A stretch of DNA of 63,521 bases, counting the filler. It is 10 parts of 10 records of this genome, joined end to end, with 100 filler letters (N's around TTAATTAATTAA, not from the genome) between each part and the next. Parts side by side here need not be neighbours in the genome. Positions count along the whole stretch, not along the records: positions 55,275 to 58,383 come from SRR7504441_4800; positions 58,484 to 63,521 come from SRR7504441_4801; 8 more parts are not named here. One strand, written 5' to 3'. Under the pieces are notes generated by a model, which made no database searches, had not been told where the DNA came from, and worked only from the letters and a program-made list of their open reading frames with translations. Position 1 is the first letter of the stretch. Each line of letters begins with the position of its first letter. The position numbers were made by a program, and so were the translations under genes. This document shows positions 55,275 through 63,521 of the stretch, piece after piece.

Positions 55275-58179
55275 GGGGGGGCGGCCGTCCTGCTCCCAGC
55301 TTGTGGCCGTGGTCCCCCGATGGCAGTTTGCGCGGGTCGCGGCGCGTCTGGACGACGACTGCCGACAGGCTTCGGTTGCGACGCTGCTGAAGCTTAGATC
55401 GCTGCGGCACCTGAACCTCAAGTGCTCAAAGCTTGGCCGGAAGCACCACAAGTGCCTGCTGAGCCTGGCCCCGATTGCGGGGACCGGCCTGCAGACTCTG
55501 GTTGTAGAGAACTGCCGCTATTTGCAGAGCCTGGAAGCGGCCACCCGCTGTAAGCAGCTCAAGGAACTCCGGTTAACGGGCTGTGCGACGCCAGTGGCTG
55601 TCTCGGAGCTTAGCGGCTGCAGTCAGCTCGAGGCACTCACCATCGACTTCAATAACTCGGTACACAACTTCCCAGAATTCACTCTCCACACCGGTCCGGT
55701 GTGGGACCCGGAGGCAATTGCACACCGGCCAGCGGAGCTGCAGCAGCTTCTGACAGGCTGTACCACACTGAGGAGGCTGCATCTCACCAGCTGCAACCTA
55801 CTCGAGAACCTTCATATGTTCATGGGCTGCCGGAAGTTGGAAGAGATATACCTCTCGGAATGCTACCGGCTGCAGAGTGTCGACGGGATTGATGGCTGCC
55901 ACGCCCTGAAGAAACTGGAGCTCTCTGGCTGTTGCCAGCTCTCCGATCTCACCGCGCTGATCGGTTGCACCCACTTGGAGAACCTTGCGCTTGTGGGCCG
56001 AAGGCACAGTGCATCTACTTCGGCGCTCAATGACTTCAGCGCCCTGTACGAGTGCGCGGCACTCCGGCAATTGAAGCTGAGCCTATGCACCATCCAGAGC
56101 CTCGCGGAGATCCCGACAGCTGAGCTCGAGGTGCTGCACCTGTCATCCTGCAGCCGACTAACCAATCTGGACGGCTTGAAGCCCAACAAACTCAAGAAGC
56201 TCACTATCGGTCACTGCGATGCCATCCGTGATGTGGCGGCTCTGCATGACGCGGCCGCATTGACAGAGCTCAATCTCACGTGGTGTCGCGAGCTGCAAGT
56301 GGTCGAGGGGCTGGAGGGTCTCCCCCTGCAGAGCCTCGTACTGGACTTGTCGGGGATCAAAGCTGCGCCGCAGCTGACGGGCTGCACTAGCCTGCTCAGC
56401 CTGGATATGTCAGCGGTTGGGATGAAAAGTTTCGACGGTGTACTTGGGTGCAGCTCGGTGCAGCGAATGCAGCTGCGATGCGACCAGATTAGCACCTTGA
56501 GCCCACTGCGCGAATGCAGCGGCCTGAAAGAGCTCACTGTCTACCGCGGCTACATGCAGGACCTCGATGGGCTCGATGGGTGTGTCTCCCTGACGAGCTT
56601 GCAGATCAATGACTGCGGCCAGCTCGAGAACGTCAGTGCTCTGAGCAAGTGCTCCGAGCTCAAGAGACTGACCATGGTCAACTGCAACCATCTGAAAACT
56701 CTCGACGGGGTTGAAGGGTGCAAGGCGCTGGCCAGTTTGTGTATAGAGACTGCCATCCAGCTGGCGGACATGTCTGCTGTCCGTGGCTGTGTCAACCTAG
56801 TCCAACTCAAGTTGATCAAGACCATGTGCGAGAGCCTGTCCGGTCTGGACAAGGTGCTGCACCTGGTGCATGTCCAGATATCAGACTGCGCCAAATTGCA
56901 TGATATCTCCACGCTGGGCGCCTCCAACTCGCTCAAAGAAGTGGCCATTTCTGGCTGCCACGCTCTCACAGACGTGTCGCCCCTGAGTCAGCACCCGTCT
57001 ATGAGCCACTTGGCATTGGTCGAATGCAGGGGTCTCACCGATTTGCAGCTTGTGGGCGGAACCTCCTCACTGGTCCAACTGATACAGCCGGACTGTCTAC
57101 AGACAACCTCTTTCTCGGATCTGAAGCACTGCAACTCGCTTCAGCAGCTTACACTGGGCAAATGCGGGAATTTAGTAGATATCTCTGCACTGACCTGCTG
57201 CAGCCAGCTGTGGCAGCTCAGCCTGGGAGGTTGCAGCATGCTTGGCAACGTTCAGGGGCTGGAGGGCTGCACCACCCTGCGCCAGTTGAGTCTATCTGCC
57301 TGCACCTTGCTCAAGAGTTTGCATGGACTGATCGGCTGTCGATCGCTGCAAGAGCTCCGGCTTTCTGAGTGCAACCAACTGCAGAGTGTAGAGGGGCTTG
57401 CTGGCTGCGGCGCTCTGAAGATCCTGGAGGTGAATGGATGTAAAGCGCTCTCGGATATCTCTGCACTCTCTGGCTGCAAATCATTGGAGCACCTGTCGCT
57501 GTCGGATGGCAAATCCCTGTCAGACTTGAGTGCTCTGAGCGGGTACGATGCTCTCAAGCACTTGGCGCTCTCAGGTTGCAGCAGGATCACCAACCTTGAA
57601 GCAATCAGTGGGTGCAAGCTGCTTTTTGAGCTTCACTTGAAGACCTGCCGGCTGCTGGCCGATCTGTCCCCAGTGGCTAAGTGCAAAGCGCTGCAGATCC
57701 TAGAGCTGACTGGCTGCAATGCGGTGGAAGACATAGCCGTGCTCAATCACTGCCCTCTGCTCAAATTAGTCAAGCTCAAGCCCGACCCAGTCTGGGCGCT
57801 ACCGCGGCATGCGGATGTGTGGTCCACCTGGCGAAGCTCAGACACTGGCCCCATCCGTGTCGAAGGACTCACGGATGACTTCGTCCGGATCTGCGCAATT
57901 GAGGACCCGATAGGCGAGCTGGATGCTGGGATTGTAGTCAAGACAATCAAGGAGACTTGCACGCTCAAGAAATGCATATCTCATCTGATCAAAGTCGGGG
58001 ACAGCAGGGTTGTGTCTCAGCGAGGCAAATTGCGGGATATCTCCAAGCATCATGCGGACTCACAAATCAAATTCATTGCACACCAGCTCTTAAAGCAGCC
58101 CGAGTGGCAGACTCATCTAGGAGCAATCGGTCAGATCCTTGATGGAACGCCCACGCCTCCGATGAGTCCAGAACTATGA
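55275..58179 (+). CDS. Long Cys-containing LRR protein (~23-aa repeats; 5' end truncated)
   Basis: Many repeats of LxxLxLSGCxxLxDISxLxxC; intronless. Confidence 0.9.
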
Positions 58180-58383
58180 GTTTGTCTCTTCTAGTCCTAT
58201 TGGCCATACGATCATGTATTCTATGACTTCACACTCGTGGCAATCGCGTAAGCGCCGAGTCACATCGTACGTTACACCCGTTACACCATCTAATTTAATA
58301 AATTCTTGATGATAGCACGTATACCACACGCACACTACACGCACACGACTTGAACTAGGGCACTGTATAATAAATAATTACAT

Positions 58384-58483
58384 NNNNNNNNNNNNNNNNN
58401 NNNNNNNNNNNNNNNNNNNNNNNNNNNTTAATTAATTAANNNNNNNNNNNNNNNNNNNNNNNNNNNNNNNNNNNNNNNNNNNN
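58384..58483. other. Artificial contig spacer
   Basis: N44-TTAATTAATTAA-N44. Confidence 0.98.
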
Positions 58484-60202
58484 TTCGGCTTCAGAGGCAG
58501 GCGCATCGTTAGCTGGCATCGCTGCAGGCGCGGCTGGCGGCGGCGGCTCTTTGCTCTCAGCCTCAGTTGCTTTGGCACTCCCGCTCTGCCCGCCTTTGAG
58601 TTCCCCGTTTGATTGCTTTGTCCGTTCCTCTTTGTGACCTATACTCGCCTCCTTCGCGTCCGCCTTTGACCCACTCATCTTCTCCGCTGCCGCTGCCAGC
58701 TCGGCCGCAGCCTCTTTGCCCCCCTTCAGCACGCCAGCACTCACGCCCTCGCCAACCGGAACCGCTTCCACAAATTGATTCCCCAAGTGCGCTCCGCTAC
58801 TCCCCGGCCCAGCCTGCCCGCACCAGTCAGCTCGCGCTGGGCAGACGGGCACCGCTATGTCCCCAGGGATGCCCTCTGACGGTATTGATATAACATCCAT
58901 TTCCATCGGAGACTCACCAGGCGACCGAGAGCTTTTGGCAACTATCACGCCACCAAGGGCCACAACGCACACGGCCAGCAGCGCCACCACTCTGCCCCTC
59001 CAATCGCCCCACCCGCACCCCCGCCCGCACCGCCGCAGCTTGCTGCTTCCGTTCCCACCCGCCATTGGGGTGTGCAGTCGACCGATCGGATTAGCGATCG
59101 TCGGCAGCATCGAGCGCGATTGGTTGATCATTGGAGGCGAGTTCTCTATCTCGAGCAGCATCCCTGCCCGGCCCTCCAGCCTGCCCCGCGGGCGGCGCCA
59201 CCGTCTGGCCTGAAGTACCCTGAATCTTTGTCTCCGATCGCAGCGGACAGCCTCGCTGACCTCTGACTCCCCTGCAACCCGCCCAGGATCTGCACCACCC
59301 GCTCGCCCTCGCCCCCCCCAACGGCCGCGCGCCTCCGACAGATGCCCGGCCTCGTCCTCGAACGCCTCGCCAAACTCGAGTCCTTGCGGCAGCCTCCTGG
59401 CTTCTTGCTTCGGCTCCTGTCGGCTCTCAATCGTCACGCACAGACACGCAGCGCTACCGGGTCTGGGGCAGCCACAGCGGCCGCCAGCTCGGGCTGGGCT
59501 GAGCGGGGGGCCGGCGACTCTGGGAGCGGCCGAGGCTCGGGAAGGTCTGTTTGGCTTGAACCGCCCGACTGTGATGAAAGCTTGTCCAAGTACGCAGAGA
59601 CTAGCATTTCCCCCGTCCGGCGGGCGGCGTCTGCCGCGGTGATCACCCCCATCCGTCCAGCCGGGAGCGCAACGGAAGGGTCTAGCCCGGCCTCCTCCAC
59701 CAGGAATTGAACCCCCTCGATGTCGCCTGCCCGCCCGGTCGGCCCCATCCCCCGGCCCTACGGTACCGTATGCCGCGCAGCGGTGGAGCAGCGGCACCCC
59801 CTTGTCTGCAGACACGCACTTGGGGTCGGCGCCGTGCCGAAGCAGCAGCCTGGCGGCCGCCAGCTTGGCCCGCACCACTGCTTCGTAGAACGGGGTGTTC
59901 TGGCCCCGAAGACGGTCATCCGGGTTGGCACCGCAGCCGAGCAGATGCTCCAGCGTGGTAAGGTCGCCCGCGGCCGCCGCCCGGAGCAGCCCGGCCGGGA
60001 TGGAGTCCGTTGTCGGCTTGGCTTTGGGCCCCGGGGCGAACACATTTTGGAAGTCCCGGGCCGCGTCGGCGTATTTCTCTCGCGCGGCCTCGGCGGCCCC
60101 CGCGGCGCGGTCCCGGGCTTGCTGCACCAGTGGGGCGGCTTGCTGGGCCATTGCAGCGGCCCGATCTTTGGCTTGCTGGGCCATCGCAGCGGCAGCCTCC
60201 AT
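58484..60202 (-). CDS. Ankyrin repeat protein with one TM helix (3' truncated)
   Basis: LLRAAAAGD, TPFYEAV, LLHRCAAYG; introns 59727-59766, 59417-59457, 59290-59332 (GC-AG), 59164-59201, 58992-59030; TM VVALLAVCVVALGGVIVA. Could be two genes. Confidence 0.65.
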
Positions 60203-60279
60203 GCTGCGAAGGCTCAACACCCGAGGGGAGTCGTTGAGTAAAAGTCCGTTGAGAGCTTGCTTCCGCACCGTGAGACACC

Positions 60280-60610
60280 ATGCTCGGGTGGCGCAATCGC
60301 TGGTGGCTTACGCTCGTCCTGTGCGCGGCCGCCCTCCTACTCCGTGAGCCCCATCCGCCCGTTGCCACTGACGTCCCGGCAGAGCTGACCGTCACCTCTG
60401 CGGAAGACACCTCCTGCCTGCGCACGGACGGGGCTTGCTGCTGCTGCCGGTGCGCCGGCGGCGGACAGGCGCGCGGGGTTGTGTGCTCGGGCGTGACTGG
60501 GTGGGCAGTGCGACGCCGCCGGGTGCTGCAACGACTGGACTCCTTGCGAGGCACAGGACGGCACCGTCTACTCGCCCCCTAAGCGGGATAAACCCCTGGA
60601 AGAGCTGTAA
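60280..60610 (+). CDS. Small secreted Cys-rich protein (96 aa)
   Basis: Signal/anchor; GC-AG intron 60469-60508 gives CLRTDGACCCCRCAGGGQCDAAGCCNDWTPC. Confidence 0.55.
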
Positions 60611-60824
60611 CCGGAGATGGGCCCTGCTTGCCGGGTGCCTCTGGAGCACACGCTTGGCGCCCCGCTCTGCCTGCTGGCGCTGCGGGGGTCAGTGCTGCGG
60701 ATTGAGATAACTCGGATAGCTGGTTGGGTGTGTTTTGAGCAAAGGCTATTTATGATTGTGGAGCTTGCTCGACTCCTTGGACCAAATATTAAAGATGAAT
60801 CTAACCGTAAGATGTGATATGTAT

Positions 60825-62261
60825 TCAAACAAAAGCTATACTATTATTGCGATCGCTCTCCGCCGTTTGCAGCACAACAAACTCCCACGGACCCACCCGC
60901 GGCAGCCTGTCATTGGCCCTCAGATCCACCGGGCCCCCCACGTTGAGCCCCCCAAAACTCTCCGGCAGACCCGTCAGCCGATTCCCCGACAAGTCCAGCC
61001 GCCCGCCCACATGCAGCTCCCCAAACTTGCTCGGGAGCTCCTCCAGCGCGTTGCGGCTCAAATCGAGCGCTCCGTGTACCCTTAATTGCCCAATATTGTC
61101 CGGCAGACGCTCCAACATATTGCTAGATACCTTGACACTCCCCGGAAGGCTCAGCTCGCCAAACTGCTCCGGTAGATAGCCGAGCAGATTAAAGCTCAGA
61201 ACCAGATCCCCGGCCTCCATCTCGAGCCAGTCGCAAGCTTCCGGCAGCGATCGGAGCTGATTATGATTCAAATCCAGCCCCCGCCCGACTGCCCAGCGCA
61301 TTCCGGCCGGCAGCTCGGTGATGCCGTTGTGACTCAGGTCGAGCCCCCCAGCCAGCCGCAGCTCGGCCGGCAGCCCTCGGCTCAGCTTATTGTGTGACAA
61401 ATTCAGATCCCGCAACAAGGCACCCTTGCAGAACTCCTCCGGTAGCCCCGTCAGACGATTGTGCGAAAGCTGCAGGTCCCCCATCACACGCCGCCCAAAC
61501 CCAACCGACAGCGTCTCGAGCGCGTTCCGTTGAAGGTCCAGCCCGGCGCCCACAGTTACCTGCCCGCACGGCCCGCTAATCTCTTTAAGTCGGTTGTTGC
61601 TCAAGTCCAGAGAGCCTTCGACCACGACCTCACCAAACGTCTCAGGGAGCTGCTCCAGCTGGTTGCGCGACAGGTCGAGGTTGGCGCCCACCCGCCAGCA
61701 GACAGCCGGAGGCAGACCAGTCAGCTTGTTCCGGCTGAGATTCAAGCAGCCGTCCAACTCGAGCTCGCCGATCGACGCCGGCAGCGCGGCGAGTTGGTTG
61801 TAACTCAGGTCCAGATCGGTAACGGACGAGCCAGCCCAGCAGTCCGGGAGCGCCGTGAGCGAGTTCCGGCTCAGGTTGAGCCGTTGGTGCACGGGGAGCC
61901 GTCCGAACCCCGGCGGGAGGCCGGTCAGCTCACACGACCGGCAGTCTAGGCTCATTAACTGCCCGTAGAGCGGGTGGTGCGGGTCGCCTTGGAAGCTGAT
62001 CGCCTTAGGCCGGCCCCCGGGCGGGTTGCACTTGGCGAGCGCGGCCAGCATGTGGTCAGTCTGCCGCTGGCCGTTGATGCGGAGCAGCTCAAGAGTCTGG
62101 CCGCGCATGCCGGCCACAGTCCGGTTGAGCCGTCTCGAGGCGGCCCCGAGGGTGCGGAGCGCGTGCACCGAGGGGGCCAGCCGGAGCACCCGCTCCGCCA
62201 TGTCCAGGTCATCCGGTAGCCCGGCCAGCAACCCGGCTCCAGGCACCGGCTCGGCGTCCAT
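60825..62261 (-). CDS. F-box-like N-terminus + LRR protein
   Basis: LAGLPDD...LRTLGAASRRL; repeats VxGxLDLSxNxLxxLPExFG. Confidence 0.88.
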   Translation of the reverse strand: MDAEPVPGAGLLAGLPDDLDMAERVLRLAPSVHALRTLGAASRRLNRTVAGMRGQTLELLRINGQRQTDHMLAALAKCNPPGGRPKAISFQGDPHHPLYGQLMSLDCRSCELTGLPPGFGRLPVHQRLNLSRNSLTALPDCWAGSSVTDLDLSYNQLAALPASIGELELDGCLNLSRNKLTGLPPAVCWRVGANLDLSRNQLEQLPETFGEVVVEGSLDLSNNRLKEISGPCGQVTVGAGLDLQRNALETLSVGFGRRVMGDLQLSHNRLTGLPEEFCKGALLRDLNLSHNKLSRGLPAELRLAGGLDLSHNGITELPAGMRWAVGRGLDLNHNQLRSLPEACDWLEMEAGDLVLSFNLLGYLPEQFGELSLPGSVKVSSNMLERLPDNIGQLRVHGALDLSRNALEELPSKFGELHVGGRLDLSGNRLTGLPESFGGLNVGGPVDLRANDRLPRVGPWEFVVLQTAESDRNNSIAFV

Positions 62262-62299
62262 CTTAACGGATCGACGGCACGGCTCCTGGGCGCTGGGGT

Positions 62300-62653
62300 A
62301 TGCGGATGAGGCGGCCCCGGATCTGGCTGGCTGGGCTGTGCTGCGCGGCTGGGCTGGTAGTGCTGCTCGGAGCAGTCTCCCGCCCGCTGGCTGCCCCGCC
62401 CACCCCCGTGCATGCCGACAGCAGCGGGCGGGGCAGCACAGGGGCGGCGGTGGCGGCCCGGGTTGAGCGGACGTCGGCCCAACCGACTGGGGGCGATGAG
62501 CACCCGCCGGCGCAAACGGAGGCGCTGGGCACAGCCAGGGCCGAGCGACGGGTGAGCGACGGGGAGGAGGTTAAATGTGACGAGTGCGACCGGGATTTGG
62601 ATGGACCCGACGAAGAGCTCGAGTATCGTGAGCTGGTGCACGCAGTCAGCTGA
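62300..62653 (+). CDS. Small signal-anchored hypothetical protein
   Basis: Basic N-terminus and hydrophobic helix; CxxC near the C-terminus; AT-rich 3' flank. Confidence 0.55.
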   Translation: MRMRRPRIWLAGLCCAAGLVVLLGAVSRPLAAPPTPVHADSSGRGSTGAAVAARVERTSAQPTGGDEHPPAQTEALGTARAERRVSDGEEVKCDECDRDLDGPDEELEYRELVHAVS

Positions 62654-62752
62654 GGCGACTTGCCGGCAATATAGCGACCACCCGGCTATTACTGCGCGAA
62701 TCCGTAGATTGTATATTATTAAGCTTTAATGAGTTATTAAGTACGTGAAGTA

Positions 62753-63394
62753 TTAGTCGGCGCCTGTTGCTTCTAACAACAACTGTTCCAACTCAGGCAC
62801 CGTATGGACAACAGAATAAGGAAGTCCCGGCCAGCTCAGATCTTCAAACCCCCAGCCGACCCCAACGAACCTGCACCCGGCGTGCTGAGCGCACTCGGCG
62901 TCGCTGACAGTATCCCCTACATACAGCGCCGTATCTATCGCCATAAGCGACATCGCTTGCCTGATCGACTCCTTCTTGCTCGCCGCCGCATTGTCTATCC
63001 CCAGGATATGCTCGAACAGCCCAGTCAGCTCTGGCCCCAGCGCCGCCCGCACGTTGGAGCTCGTGTTCGAGCTCACCACCGCCATTCTCACCCCGGCCGC
63101 CGCCAGCCTATCGAGCAGCCCAGGCACGCCTGGGACCGGGCTCACAGGGAACTCGGTCCCGAAACGTTCCGTGTACGCCTCGAGCACCCCCGGCACCGCC
63201 TCGGCAGGGAACCCGGCTCGCCTTATGAAAGCCTCCATAGGGGCCGCGGCTAGCGCCCGGGCTGCCGGCAGATCAGTAGGCGCGGGCAGCCTGAGCCCGA
63301 GTCCGAGCAGATCGTTCTGCCGCACCAGGAAGCTGATGTGCGGCCGGAGCGAGTCGGCCAGCGTGCCATCGCAGTCAAAGATCACTGCGACCAT
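62753..63394 (-). CDS. HAD-superfamily hydrolase (phosphoglycolate phosphatase-like)
   Basis: VIFDCDGTLADS (DxD), VVSSN, K, YVGDTVSD, GVGWG. Confidence 0.9.
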   Translation of the reverse strand: MVAVIFDCDGTLADSLRPHISFLVRQNDLLGLGLRLPAPTDLPAARALAAAPMEAFIRRAGFPAEAVPGVLEAYTERFGTEFPVSPVPGVPGLLDRLAAAGVRMAVVSSNTSSNVRAALGPELTGLFEHILGIDNAAASKKESIRQAMSLMAIDTALYVGDTVSDAECAQHAGCRFVGVGWGFEDLSWPGLPYSVVHTVPELEQLLLEATGAD

Positions 63395-63521
63395 CGAGAA
63401 GCCTCCGGTGCCGTTGAACTCCCCGCGCCTCGTGGCCGTTGTGATCTCGGGCCACCGGTTGATTCCACAGCAAGCATGCCCAGCCTGCTCAGTCGGCTGG
63501 ACGACGACACGGGCTATCTCT

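Noticed and set aside
12560-58483. Nine identical TTAATTAATTAA elements as a repeat family or CRISPR array
   Set aside because: Each is centred in exactly 100 nt of N padding; it is a six-frame-stop concatenation linker.
1-63521. Prokaryotic operon/defence island, giant-virus origin, or an introner family
   Set aside because: Spliceosomal introns and core nuclear genes occur throughout; I saw no viral hallmark genes, no transposase, and no shared sequence among introns by eye.

Overview
Eukaryotic (protist) genomic DNA, not prokaryotic. The window is ten unrelated contigs joined by nine artificial 100-nt spacers (N44-TTAATTAATTAA-N44), so nothing can be inferred from adjacency across spacers. 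The genome is gene-dense with very short spliceosomal introns. I inferred about 54 by hand from GT/GC..AG boundaries and frame restoration; most are 35-54 nt and about 6 are GC-AG. Many introns are G-rich with no polypyrimidine tract, head-to-head gene pairs are often under 100 nt apart, and long genes fall from CpG-rich 5' ends to CpG-poor bodies. Recognisable genes: SPT16, RAD51C, a GH31 glycosidase, a BSU1/PPKL-type phosphatase (partial), an LSD1-type zinc finger, a TSET large subunit (TASH3/TSAUCER-like), a USP9X/24/34-like deubiquitinase with ankyrin tail, YdcF/DUF218, a 2OG-Fe(II) oxygenase, a HAD hydrolase, a CEP164-like WW/EF-hand protein, a truncated KATNIP-like gene and several LRR/ankyrin proteins. 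The most unusual genes are a >3,600-aa LRR + putative protease-like + SecA-like DUF3638 ATPase and a prokaryote-like GHKL ATPase fused to a RING domain. No rRNA, tRNA, CRISPR array or transposon was recognised. All family calls come from motif recognition and memory, not database searches.
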